Shown piece by piece: positions 14,081-26,905 of a stretch of DNA of 64,000 nt. Below the pieces are notes generated by a model that was not told where the DNA came from, ran no database searches, and saw only the letters and a list, made by a program, of their open reading frames with translations. Origin of the DNA: Mobula hypostoma (taxonomy: Eukaryota); assembly GCF_963921235.1 (NCBI RefSeq), contig NC_086109.1, positions 26,042,001-26,106,000 on the forward strand, in the 5' to 3' direction. The position numbers and the translations under genes were made by a program. The first letter of the stretch is position 1, and every line of letters starts with the position of its first letter.

Positions 14081-14799
14081 CTTGTGGAAGGTTGTAGAAT
14101 GGAATATAAGGTGAGAAAATGGAAAGTTATATACTTTGTTCAGAAGAATTAAAAGAACACAGAATCGGTAGTGTTGTGTGCAGTTTTGGTCACTATATCT
14201 AGACTACGGAGTACTAAACTCAGAATCAATGCAGTGTGGGACTTTGTTGCTATCTAGGAGAAACCACAATATGTGACTATAAGAGGGGTGGTGATGTGCG
14301 TGTTCATGAGCCACAAGAGGTAAACATGTCAATTAAACAAGACGGAAAACAGGCTAAGCATCCTAGTGGACGACAATTGGAGTAAGATATCTAAGACTGT
14401 TTAGGTCACAGGACTCTATTCACAGCACACTTCGATGGAGCCGAAGGCCCAAGCTGAACAGACATTGCACATTTTCTTTATAGAAAGTGTACCATTCAAT
14501 CTTAAATACCAAAGCTGCCTCAAGAGAGTGGAAATAGTCATTACTTGTTGGCCTGATTGAATTGGGTGCGGGAAGGAGGAAGCACCATAACCTACATTGT
14601 ATGTGGGTGGGGGAGGGGGAGGGAGGGAAAGTGCATTAAAGAATGAAGCAGAGAGGTCACTTTGGGCCTTAAGTTCAAAACCAACCTGAACCCAAGCAGA
14701 CAATAACCATTCCAAATCCAACCACTGAGCACGGACCTAGAACTGATTTGCCACTGTTCCAGAGCCTTGTCACATCTCAACTCAATCTGGTCTGAACCT

Positions 14800-16489
14800 T
14801 TGTTGTTGTTCAGTCATTAAGTCGAGTCTGATTCTTTATGACCTCATTGGACTCCTGCACACCAAGTCTACTTGTTGGAAACTGCCTCAAGGTCATACGC
14901 ATTGTCTGAGTAACATTATCTATCCATCGTAGCCTCTGTCGTCCTCTCCTTCTTTTACCTCTGTTTTACCTAACCTGAGATTCTCCAAGGAATCATGATG
15001 TGGTCAAAATATTTGAGCTTTTGTCTCATAATCAAGCCTCCTAGTGAGCAGTCTGTCTGTATTTCTTCAAGTATTGTCTTGTTGGATCTTCTAGCTGTCC
15101 AACGAACTTCTAACACTTCCCTCCAGCATCCAAGTTCAAAGGCGTCAATTGTTTTGTGTTCAGCCTTACTAATATTCCAGCTCTCACATCACAACTGGAA
15201 GTACCAGAGGCTTGACTATATGGATCTTTATAGGCAATGTTCTGTTTCTTCTCTTCAGTATTTTGCTGCCCTTCACAGAAGTAAGCGATGTTTAATTTCG
15301 TGGCTGCAATTACCTTCTAAAGAAATCTTTGAACTGAGGAAGACAAAATCTGTCACTGCTTCCACTTCCTTTCCATTTATTACCACGGAGTTAATAGGGG
15401 CTGGTCAACATAATCCTTATTTTCTTAATATTGATCAAGAAGCCAGCTTTCGCACTTTCTTCCCTCATTAGAAATTTCCTCAGATCCTCCTCACCTTCAG
15501 CCATTAGAGTAGTATCATCTGCATTTCTGAGGTTGTTAATATTTCATCCGGCAATTTTGATTCCAACATTTGAGTCCTCTAGACCAGCGTTCCTCATGAT
15601 GTGTTCAGCACAGAGATTAAATAAGTAGGGTGACAGTACACAGCCTTGTTGTACTCCTTTCCCAATCTTGAACCAGTTTGTTGTTCCGTGTTCAGTTCTA
15701 CCTGTTGTGTCTTGCTCTTCGTATGTTTCTCATAAGGCAGATCAGAAGTCCAGGTATCCCCAATTCTTTAAGGATTTGCATTAGTTTATTATGGTCCACA
15801 CTGTTGAAGGCTTTAGAGTAGTCAATAAAACTTATAAATACTTCTCTGGAATTCCCTCGATTTGTTTTCTAGTGCCTCTGCCTCTTCTAAAACCATCTTG
15901 TACATCTGGCAGGTCTCATTCCATATATTGCTGGAGTCTTGCTTGCATGATCTTTAGCATTGCCTTGCTAGCAAGTGAAATTAGTGAAACTGTACAATAA
16001 TTTGAACATTCCTTTACATTTCCTTCTTGGGAATTGGGATATAATCTGATTTTTTTCCAGTCTAAAGGCCATTGTTGGGTTTTCCAGATCTGCTGGCAAA
16101 TTTTAATGCAGCACTTTTACACCATCACCTTTTAAGTTTCTAAACAATTCAACTGAACTCCTGTCACATCCTGCAGCCTTATTGTTGCCAATGTTTTCTA
16201 TCGTCCATTCGACTTCACTTTCCAGAATATCCGGTTCTAGGTCAATAAGGGAGTCATTGCAGGTGACTTCGCTGTTGGGATCTTTCTTTATATTCTTGCC
16301 ATCTCTTTTTGATGTCTTCCTCATGGACCATTGTCGTGGTGAGAGGGCTTGTGTATCTTAGAGAAACTATGAGCTATACCATGTAGAGCTACTCAAGATG
16401 GACAGGTCGTGGCAGAGGGGTCAGACTAAATATGGTCCACTGGAGAAGGAAATGGCAACCCAATTCAGTAATTTGCCAAGAAAACCTTT
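14800..16489 (-). mobile_element. RTE-BovB-like LINE with inverted 5' segment (16322-16489 on +)
   Basis: (CAA)n tail at 14800. DLEPDILESEVEW...NNKAAGCD...VELF...KGDGVKVLH matches BovB ORF motifs. The BovB 5' motif tggtccactggagaaggaaatggcaa lies on the opposite strand. Confidence 0.85.
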
Positions 16490-16889
16490 TGGATAAAATT
16501 TACAAATACCTCCAACTGAACACAAAGTTCAAGAAGATAGCAAGGAAAGATAAGGAAATTTAAAGGAGTGATGCAAAGAAGCTGAAGAAGCCAAGAGAAT
16601 TGGAAAAACAAGAGGTCTGGACCTAAGGACCTGGAAGTGCTTTTGAAGTCACCCTGACCTACACATGTAGTCAAGCTTGAGTTGGGTAGCCAGGCTGTAA
16701 TTTGCATCTGAACTTCAGGAGAAACGTGACATTATTGGAGGAGTGAGCAGTTAAGGCTTGCGTTGGTGGTGCTGTTGAGACAACAGTCAAGGTTTTCTCA
16801 GCTTGCTTACCTTCTCTCCTAACCAACGCGGCTGAGACTTAAGCACTCTGTTACAACAAAATCTGGGCTCTGTAAGTGCATTATTGTGT

Positions 16890-17250
16890 TTCGTTAAGAT
16901 TTATCAAGTTAACATTCTTCCGAACCAAAGTGCAAACACAGCACATATAATTCACACACAACACATAAGATGTTATGACCACAAATAAATTAACAACTAA
17001 TAAGGTGTACTTAACGTTGCAAGTTAAAAAGTAAACAGTAAACGCTACTGGCGCTTCATACATGGTGAGACCTGAGTGGTGGCAGAGAGTTCAGTAGTCT
17101 CACGGCCTGGGGGAAGAAGCTATTTCCCATCCTAACAGTCCTTGTCCTAATGTTATGGTACTTCCTGCCTGATGGTGGGGGGTCAAAGAGATCATTGGAT
17201 GGATGGGAGGGTTCATTCAAAGGCCCTTGGGTGGGTGGAAGAGAGATCCT
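16890..17250 (-). mobile_element. Rex1/Babar-type 3' end
   Basis: Reverse of LPSGRK...NSFFPQAV plus 3'UTR. Confidence 0.6.
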
Positions 17251-17279
17251 GATGTGTGATTTAGAATCAACTCTAAGGG

Positions 17280-17980
17280 GATAATCTCACTTTATACCAA
17301 AAGGGTAGAAGATGGGGGGTGGGTGGGAGGTGTTAAAAAAGCTGAGGAACCTTTATCTGAATGCACACACTATTCAAGACAGGTGGATTAAAGGCAGAAA
17401 GAACAATAAATAGGTACAATGTAGAACCTATTACAGAACCATAGCTGCTAAGTGGCAATGACTAGGAAGTAAATATTCCAGGATACCCAATGTTTAGAAG
17501 AAATGGGCAAAATAGAAGAGGAAGAGGGGTAGCTCCATTTGTCAAAGAATTGGAATAAAGTTGGAGAAGAATGTTAGCTCTGGAAAGTGGTCAGAAAGTG
17601 CCTGCCTTCAGAGAAACAGACGTGGAAATCTTCCCAAAAGTAGAGGAAAATTATTGTAGAATGTATGATGAATTGAAAAAATATGTCAGCATTTATATAA
17701 AAAAATATTGGCTGAGTCACTTAAATCAAGTGTCATAGTCTCAAAATAGGGTCTGGTCACTGATGAATAGGCTTTTCTTTACCCTGGGGGTTACAGATCA
17801 TTGAAGTTCTCTACCCAGAAGAGCTATGAGTATATTCAATTCAGAGACAGATAGGGTTTTAAACATTTAAAGAAACAAGCGACCTGCTGTTAGAGCAGGC
17901 AAACTGCCGAAGATCAGCTACGTATGTTCTTGTTGAATGGCCTAATACTGCTTCTATGTCTTTTATCCTTGTGTTCTGAC
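17280..17980 (+). mobile_element. Highly degraded CR1 fragments (endonuclease region and 3' end)
   Basis: NIPGYPMFRR...RGRGVA-like segment and 3' hairpin gaatggcctaatactgcttctatgtctttt. Confidence 0.5.
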
Positions 17981-18972
17981 CAGAGATTAAATAAAACAAG
18001 TTGGAAATTAACAAATAACAAAAACACAAATATAATTCCAAGATAAATTACATATTCTGTATAAGTATAGAATAATGTTAAATTAGTCCTTAAAAAGTCT
18101 GATCCTACAGTTTCCATCCATATCATTAATGAATCTAATCCACCAAGATTTACATTTATAATTACCATCACCATTAAATTTTAACAGGAGTGGCTTTATA
18201 TATATTTTATGATGCTGCCAGCAATTTCACCAGAAGAAATTCTTCACTGGAAGCAATGATGTCATAGATCTCAAGAGATCAATTGATTACACATCCAGCA
18301 GTTTCATCAAATGACTTGCAAGGATATGAAATGTTCAAAATTAATCAGGTCCAGGAAGATGTCTTTCTGAAGGCTCTTATCTACATTTTACTGTCTCATA
18401 TCTCTGTCACATCATTAGCTGGAGAAATAGGATTTAATTGAATCATGTAATATTTTTTGACATTTTGAATGCAGCTGCTGTCTCTGAAGCAGTTAATAAA
18501 TGCTCTGGTACTCTTGTGAAAACCAGGTTGGTGTCTCTTCCTAATTACACACTGCTTTCACTCATGCCAGAGAATATTTGAATGCCTTTTCCTTCAATAT
18601 TACTAATTACTTTTCTCCCATGGCAGTTAAATAAAGATAGAAAGTGGGTATATGTCAAACATAACAGTAGCTCAAAGAATACAGGATGACTCCTTAAAAC
18701 GCAAATCTCTGTTGAAAAAGTTAAACCACTTTGAGTTACCACAACAAACAAATCTGTTGGTCTAATTCTTGGTGATGATAATGTGGGAAAATATTCCATG
18801 ATGTGTGTGAATCAGAGAGCTTGAGATTGTGGCTCCATAATGTATGGATCCACAATTTGCTAGAGAGGCAAAATATCAGTGGTGTAGGACACCAATCTTT
18901 CAAAGGTCAGTGCAGGGAAGTTAAAGGTTTGTTTGATGGAAAACTTATCCATCAAGACTTAAAGAATTGTTG

Positions 18973-20810
18973 AACACACTCAGAATGTTGGAGGAACTCA
19001 GCAGATCAGGCAGCATCTATGGTGGAAAATAATCAGTTGATGTCTTAGGCCGAGACCCTTCATCAGAACAGGAGAGGAAGGGAACAGAAGCCGGAATAAG
19101 AAGGTGCAGAGAGGGAAGAAGTACAAGCTGGCAGGTGATAGGTGAGAGCAGGTGCGGGGAAAAGTGGGTGGGTGGGGGAGAGAAGCAAAGAAGCAGGAGT
19201 AATTACTGGATGTTAGAAAAATCAGTGTTCATGGAGGCTACCCAGACAGAATATGAGGTGTTGCTCTTTCAACTTCAGTAAGGCCTCATCATGACAGAAG
19301 GGGAAACCATTACTTACCCTCTTCCCCCTTCTTTCTTTTTTCCATTCCCCATTCTAGCTACTCTCTCACCTTTCTTGTCTTCTTACTTGCCCATCACCAC
19401 CTCTGGTTCTCCTCCTCCTTCCCTTTCTTCCATCCCCTCTCCTATTAAATTCTTCCTTCTTCAGCCCTTTGCCTCTTCCACCTATCACGTCCCAGCTTCC
19501 TGCTTCATTTCCCCTTCCCCATCCACCCACGTTTCCTGTCACCTGGTCTCACCTATCACCTACCAGTTTGTACCCCTGTCCTTCCCTCATCTTCTGCCTC
19601 CTTCCTTTCCATCCGGCTGACGGATCTCGTCACGTAGCTGTTATTCCCCCTCTATTGATGCTGCCTGACCTGCATTGTTTACTTGTTGTTGTAAATCTAA
19701 ACTGCATAGATTGGGTTTGTATTCCTAGGAGTGGAGAAGACTACGGATGACCTAAAGATGTAAACAAAATTATGAGTAAGTTACACATAAATTGCTGGAG
19801 GAAATCAACAAGGCAGGAAGGGTCCATGGAGAGAAATAAACAATCAATGTTTTACTCCTTCATCGGAACTGAAAAGGAAGGCGGGGGATAAGAAACCAGA
19901 ATAAGAAGGTGGGAGGGGAGTAAGGAGTACAGGGTGGCAGGCGGTAGATGAGACCAGATGGAGGAAAGGTGGGATGAAGTAAGAAGCTGGGAGGTGATTG
20001 GTGGAAAAGGTAAAGGGCTGAAGAAGAAGGAAGCTGATAGGAGAGGGAAATGGAGTATGGGAGAAAGCGAAGGGGGAAGGTCATCTGAGAGAGGTGATAA
20101 GCAGGGGAGGATAAGAGAAGGGGTAAGAGGGGAGCCAGAACAGAGAATAGAAAAAAAGAGAGAAGGCTTAGGGGAGAAATTACCAGAAGTAAATCAATGT
20201 TTGTGCCATCTGATTGGAGGCTCTTCAGATAGAATATGAGGTGTTGCCCCTCCAGCCTGGGAGTGGCATCTTTGTGACTTCAGAGGAGGCCGTGGACCAA
20301 CATGTCAGAACGGGAATGGGAAATAGAATTAAAATGGGTGGCCACCGGGAAATCTTGCCTTTTGTGACTGATGGAGCAAAGGTGCTCGATGAAGTGGCTC
20401 CCCCAGTCTACATCGGGTCTCACTGATGTAGTGGAGGCTGCACTGGATGCAGTAGATGACCCTGACAGGCTCACAGATGAAGTGTTGCCTCACCTGGAAG
20501 AACTGTTTGGAGTTCGAAATGGTGACAAGGGAGGAGGTGTAGGGGCAGGGACATGTGAACAAGGGAGTCACTGAGAGAAGAATTCCTATAGACGGCAGAG
20601 AGTGGAGTGGGAAAATATGTGTTCAGTGGTATGATCCAGTTGAAATTGGCAGAAGTTGTGGAGAACAACACGCTGGATGCAGAGGCTCGCAGAGTGGTAG
20701 GTCAGGGCAAGGGGAACCCTTTCCCCGTTATGGTGATGTGAGGATCAGGGAAGGTGGACATCTGGGAAATGGAGGAGATGCAGGTGTAGGTGTATCTAAA
20801 CAAGCACTCA
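18973..20810. mobile_element. Penelope-like element cluster (GIY-YIG relic and terminal repeats in alternating orientation)
   Basis: Minus strand CEPVRVIYCIQCS...YISET.CRL and EHLCSI...PVATHFNS (GIY-YIG endonuclease). Terminal-repeat pieces at about 18973-19290 (-), 19300-19672 (+) and 19783-20810 (-). Confidence 0.85.
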
Positions 20811-21519
20811 AGGGCTATGGAGTAGATGTTAGTGAATGGAATTAGTACACAGAGGTACTTGATGACCTGAAGGTCTTGTTTCTGTGTTTATGATTCTATC
20901 ACTCTATTTGGACTGTTGCTTTGTTGAATATTTAGCAAAAGGTATCTATTTAACTATCTGGCACTATGCTTTTAAATGAAGTGATTAAAATTAATTGCCT
21001 GCAGTTGCAGTATATTGGGGCCAGTTAGCGATATCGGTTAGAGGCAAGCAGCATGAAAATTAAATTAATTCGGCAAATGAATGGGAAGTGGTTGCCTGCT
21101 CCTTTCATCTTTGGACCAATCAAATCAGAAGTACATAAAATGCTAAATGTGGAATTGAGGGAATTTATGACCCAACTTTAACTCTACCAAATGCAACACA
21201 CAAAATGCTGGAGGAACTCAGTTGGTCAGGCAGCCTCTGTGGAGGGAAATGCCGTTAGTTCAGTCCTACATTACTTTTCTTAAGTATTGCTTTCATTTGT
21301 TGAAAGTGAAATTTGCAAGAATATTTTGTTTGTAAAAGTTTAATGTATACTAAAATGGTCCCATATAACCATTTAAAACAAGGATTGAAATAAATAGTAT
21401 GAAACAACTTTTATTTTGTGAAATCACAGTTCAAGTTAATTGAATTTTCATGAAATCCCAATATGTTAATAACTGTTTATTGCATATTTCTGAAATAACA
21501 GAAGTTATTTTCCCTTTAG

Positions 21520-21756
21520 CTACTGGCCTCATAATGGGATGCATGATTTACCCTGATGGCTGGGATTCAGACGCAGTCAAACAAATGTGTGGGAACAAAA
21601 CTGACAAGTACACTTTGGGAGCATGCTCTGTTCGCTGGGCCTACATCTTAGCCATCATTGGGATCCTGGATGCTCTCATCCTGTCCTTCTTGGCTTTTGT
21701 GCTTGGCAACAGGCAGGACAGCCTTCTTCCTGAAGACTTTAAGGTGGAAAATAAAG
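21520..21756 (+). CDS. LHFPL5: LHFPL tetraspan protein, internal coding exon (exon 2 equivalent; TM3-loop-TM4), most likely LHFPL5/TMHS
   Basis: Acceptor ttttccctttag|C at 21519/21520 and donor AAAG|gtaagt at 21756/21757; 237 bp, phase 1-1. Encodes (A)[78 protein letters not shown], an unmistakable LHFPL3/4/5 sequence. The paralog call rests on tail-to-tail adjacency to SRPK1 and the ATGL start and LLPEDFK end. Confidence 0.85.
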
Positions 21757-23196
21757 GTAAGTGATTTTGTGCATCTTGTGTTGTATTCATCTGCGTTTGA
21801 ATAAAGTTTAGTTCTGTCACGGAGAGTTCTTTTGTCTTGAGATTAATGCAAAGATTCAATTGGATTGAATCTCCTGAGACAGACCATTAGCATCATAAAT
21901 ATACTTTATTGTATAAGATCAATGATCTTAAGACCGACTCAACAGCAGGAATGAACTTGCACTTCAGCAGCATGATAAGAGAATCAATTTGTTGTAGCCA
22001 GATATTACTAGTTCTTCACTGCAGTTTTGCCTAACCATAAAAGAGGCCCAGAGATCTGTGGTAGTTCTGACATTTACTTGCCTCTATCAATGTCTGCGTT
22101 TTGGTTCCATGCTTCCACCCAACAAATTTGTTGCTAAGGGTGCTTCAGTATTAGTGAGTCCTTCAGACTTGAGCATGTCATCAGGCCAACTTGTGTTGCT
22201 CTGAATGTTATCTAATAAAACTAAAATGCACTAAAGAACTGAGGGACCAAATGATGTAATGAGAAGCAACAATATTTTTACAGAAGAAAGTGAGTTAACT
22301 GCCAGCATTCAGCACTGCAGTAAAAGAAATGCTTTTTATATCCTTAGCCCGATAGAAAAACCTCTACTTCTCATTCTATCTCAAACATTCTCTTTATATT
22401 TAATAAACACACAATCAGAGTTTGTAAAATGATACCTTCACAATGGATCTCTGGTATAAAATTGACAGCTTTACTACCCAAGTGAAGTGCCACATTTAAA
22501 CTAGTTGTTAATGTTCCTCCACGCGACCTGAGCCAAACTATGCAAGGCAAGCTAGATATGGTATGCAAATATCTTCTGCCTTCTGCTAGCATGTGCAAAA
22601 CACATTCATCTAGAAAACATGGAAGAGAAATATCTCCCTAATAATTCCAGAGAACGATTCACGTTTTGGGAAGAGGAACTGGAATGATGGAGAATTTAAA
22701 TGAATAATTAATCAAATTAGTTGTAAGTAGCAATTCAGTAAGTGTTCTTCTCCAGGCTTCAATGACACCTCATCACTGATGTGCACAGAAGACAACCTAG
22801 GGAAGAAGAAATAATGAAAATTTATCCAAAGGATGATTACTTTAACAGTGTGAAATATTGAGAATACAAATAAGATTAAATGGGTAGATAGATCTAACTG
22901 TGTGTAGAGAATGTTCCGGGTTTAAGAGTGAAACATAATTGGTTAGAGTTTGGTATCACTATATGTGTATCTCTGGGTTGAAGATAGGCTGTTCTTATTC
23001 ATAGGGTGCTCAGGAGCTTATCGCTGTGCAATACGAATATCAATCAGATGCTGGTATGACTTCAGACAGAAATAATTCCACACTGATATGTTTATTTCGT
23101 AGCTACAGTTTATTTTGAAGCAATAGATAAATAATTGAATTTGTTTCAGCTTTGAAAGCTCAGCTAAAATCACAATTTATATTTACTCCAGAAAGG

Positions 23197-23728
23197 ATAC
23201 CTCCTGTGTCTAATAAAGTAGCCTCTGAGTGTTTGTTCGTGGCCTTCTGCTGCTCTAGCCCATCTACTTCAAGGTTTGATGTGTTGTGCATTCAGACATG
23301 CTCTTCTGCACACCACTGTTGTAATGTGTGGTTACTTGAGTTACTGTTGCCTTCCTGTCAGCTTGATCCAGTCTAGCCATTCTCTTCTGACCTCTCTCAT
23401 CAAATTATTTTCACCCACAGAACTGGCGCTTACATGATTTTTTTTCTTTTTTGGTTCTTTGCACCACTCTGTATAATAACTGAGAATGGTTTGTTGTGCT
23501 TGAAAATTCTAGATCAGTGGTTTCTGCAATACTCAAACCATCCTGTTGGGCGCCAACAACCATTCCACGGTCAAAGCACTTATTCCCCATTCTGTTATTT
23601 GGTCTGAACAATAAATAAACTTTTGACCATGTCTGCATAGTTTTATGCATTGAGTTGCTGCCACCTGAATGGCTGATTATATTTACATTAACAAGCAGGT
23701 GTCCCTAATAAAGTGACCATTGAGTATA
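23197..23728 (-). mobile_element. Non-autonomous Tc1/mariner element
   Basis: TIR-type motif ctaataaagtg(g/a)cca(c/t)tgagt; minus-strand FDRGMVVGAQQDGLSIAETTDL resembles a Tc1 N-terminal HTH. Confidence 0.75.
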
Positions 23729-24940
23729 TGATCTTAACAATAAACTACATGTAAAACTGTTTTAAATTATTTTAAATGATCCACTATTCTAGAATGAATG
23801 AGATTTCATTCCAGAAATAATCCGCATCAGGAAAATCAGATATGTGACGAAATGCATTCAACTGGGCTTGTTGCATTGTATGAGTATGTAGTAAAAAAAA
23901 AGTTTTGCCCTTTGACTGAAAAATATCATCTAGTACATTGTAACTTTCTTTCTCTGGAACATAATAAACTTCGAAGTTTTGTACATTATATTAATACAAT
24001 CAATTTTCCACTCTGACAGATGAAATTAAAGATAATATTAAAGCCAGAAAAGAAAATTGCTCTTTAGATTAAAAAATGAAGTAATAGATTACATTGAGGC
24101 TTCGTTGGTCAAGGCCTCTAACTGTTCACTTTCTTTGCAGATATGAACTTATATAGAATGTAAAACAGTGCAGTACAGGTGCAGGCCCTTTGGTCACCAT
24201 GTCTGTGCTGACCACGTTCGCAATCTAAACTAACTCCATCTTCCTGCTCATCGTCAATATCCCTTTATTCCCTGCTGGTTCACATGCCATCCAAATGCCC
24301 CCTAAACATTGCTAGTTTCTCTGCTTTTACCAGCTCTCCTAAGCAGCCCATCTGTCCTTTAGTCTCAAACTATAGTCAACTCATTGATTATAACAGAAGA
24401 CCTATTCTCCACTCACATCAACTGGCGGAAGATTAAAACAAAAGTGCCTATTATTAGATTGTCAAAGCTGCAACTTTGGGGTAGATTTTAATTCTGTGCT
24501 AGTTTTTGAATCCACTCCAACAAATTATTTTGCTGCCTTGAAGTAATGGCATGCCATCAAGTTTTAAATCGCCAAACACCACAGAAATGCTATTAGATCA
24601 TTCCTAACATAGATCAGGTGAGAAGACAATTCAAAGTAGCTCTCAGAGGAAGGCCTGTTTTCCAGGTTAAAAGCCTTAGGGAAGTTCTGGAAGGGTCCTA
24701 CAGAAGGGGGAAGAGTCCAAACCAGCAGTGCTACGACATCATGGCACGCGGACAAGGAATTTAGCCCCTTTCTCATCCTCCTTCCTTGCAACTGTTGACC
24801 TTCTTCAGTGTGACAATACTCTGGCCTACTCAAACCAGTTCAGTTGCCTACTGACACAACAGAGCAATGCACAGGTGTTTAGGATCAAGGAGCAAATTTA
24901 TTTGCTATATACATTCACATGTATTAGGAACTTGCTGTGG

Positions 24941-25163
24941 TGTGAGTAATGTATTTAATATTTCAGTAATATTTAAGTAATATACATAAATATATTGTTT
25001 AAGCATTCTTTGTTGTTAAAATAATTCATTACAGGTTATATGTAAAAGTATGTGAATGCCACCATCATGTCACCACATCATCTGTATAACAACAAACTTT
25101 ACATGCATCTCTCGGGTTCCCTTGTTTCTCTTGCACTCTTTCTTCGCATTAGAAAACATAACA
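24941..25163 (+). mobile_element. Probable solo LTR nested in a Rex tail
   Basis: tgtgagt...aaacataaca; homologous to 7089-7349; interrupts gctgtgg/gtgtgttggtcagg. Confidence 0.5.
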
Positions 25164-25259
25164 GTGTGTTGGTCAGGGTACAACATGCAATAACATTCAA
25201 AAATTATTAAGAATAAAGAACATAGAAAAACATATTTTAAAAACTAATAAAGTTAGAGA

Positions 25260-25965
25260 ATACTTTACTTCTCTGTCGCCAAACAATTGATACTAGGGCG
25301 TACAATCATCACAGCGATATTTGATTCTGCGCTTCGCGCTCCCTGGAGTACAAATTGATAGTAAATGGTAAAAATTTAAATTATAAATCATAAATAGAAA
25401 ATAGAAAAGGGAAAGCAAGGTAGTGCAAAAAAAAAACAAGAGATTAAAGGACAGATATGGAAAAAAATGTGTATAAATAAATACCGGCATGTATTTACAA
25501 TATAAGCAGCATTATAAAAAGTGGTTTAAAGTGTCTACTGTGCAGTGAAAGGAGTAATAGATAAGGGGGGTGAGAGGGCTAACTAGAACAGTTGATCAGA
25601 TTAACTGCCTGGTGGGGGAAAGAAACTTATAAGATGGCATGAAGTTTTTTTGTTTTAATATCCCTACAAAGCTTTCCAGAAGGCAGCTTTTGGAAAAGAG
25701 AGTTTGCATGCTGAAGGAGTAGTGTCTGCAATCATTTTTCCTACCTGCTTCTTTGTCCTGGGCAATACCAGCGATGGCGATGGCAGATTCCACCAAGACC
25801 TTTTCTGCTGACCTGATAGTTCTCTGTAGTTTTTGTATATTGTGAGAGAATGCTGCTCCTAACCAGACAGAAGAGGCTGATGTGAGGATGCTCTCAATGA
25901 TGGCAGTGTAGAATTGCATCCGTATGTTCTGGGGAAGACTGAAATTTACCATCTGCTGCAAGAAG
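25260..25965 (-). mobile_element. Rex1/Babar-type LINE 3' pieces (composite)
   Basis: QFYTAIIESILT...WLG...KLQRTIRSAEKV plus 3'UTR tails. Confidence 0.7.
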
Positions 25966-26544
25966 CACTTCCTCTGCCAAGCCTATTTGTTAAGGAAAGA
26001 GACAGGGTTCTCCCCTCTGGGGTCTGGTGAAATAATGATGTACATGAATCTGAATTTGAAACGATGCCAATCGTAGAGTTGTTGAGAATAAGTGAGCGGA
26101 GGTCAATTGCTCGCTGCAGATTAAAGTCAGAGATGCAGGTGAAGGATGCAAAGTGGATTAGTAACCTGCAAGCTTTTAAGAATGGACTATCCATATTCCC
26201 TTCACGTAGGGAGAGACTTTGGGCCAGGCACAGCCTGTGTGTTGCAGTCAGACACGTCATTGTTGCCATATGGCTGCAAAAGGTCAAGTAACTTAGGTTT
26301 ATTACCGGTACAAAACAGCTTAATCCACTCTATTACTGATGCACCACTCCAATTCACATGACTCCCAACTAATTTAAGACACTTCCTCCATGGCTATTCC
26401 ATGCAGCAGAGCAGGAGTGAACAACGCCTAGGCTTCCAGCAGTTTAAACCATAGGCCTTTGATTGCTTATGCTGTCTGAAAGCCTTTCCAAGGATTCTAA
26501 TATCTGATAATATGGAAACTTGATAAAATAAAGTATAAAATAAT

Positions 26545-26905
26545 CTATCATCAAAGATCTCCGCCGTCTGGACAATGCCATTTTCTTACAGCTCCCACCA
26601 AGCAGGAGATACAGAACACTTAAGTTCCATACCACCAGCTTCAGGAACAGCTACTCCCCTTCAGCCATCCAGTTTGTGAACCAACCCGCACAGCACTAAT
26701 CACTACCCCAATATAGCAACACCAGGGCCACCTTGCACTACAATGAACTTTTCATTTTTTAAAATTTGCCTTTTCCTGTATAACTTGTTTTTCTTATGAA
26801 TGTTGTGTATCTGATGCTATTGTCTGTAATGCTGCTGAAAATGTTTCTCATTGCACTTGTGCATCCGGTTGCTTGTGTCGATGACAGCAAACTTAGCTCT
26901 GATTT
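26545..26905 (+). mobile_element. Rex1/Babar-type 3' end
   Basis: LPPSRRYRTL...SFRNSYSP motif and 3'UTR. Confidence 0.6.

Noticed and set aside
21450..21764. 104-aa ORF as a stand-alone gene
   Set aside because: Only 21520-21756 is exon; the upstream Met and downstream stop are intronic.
25946..26361. Overlapping short ORFs in apparently unique sequence
   Set aside because: No recognisable motif or convincing splice-site pair.
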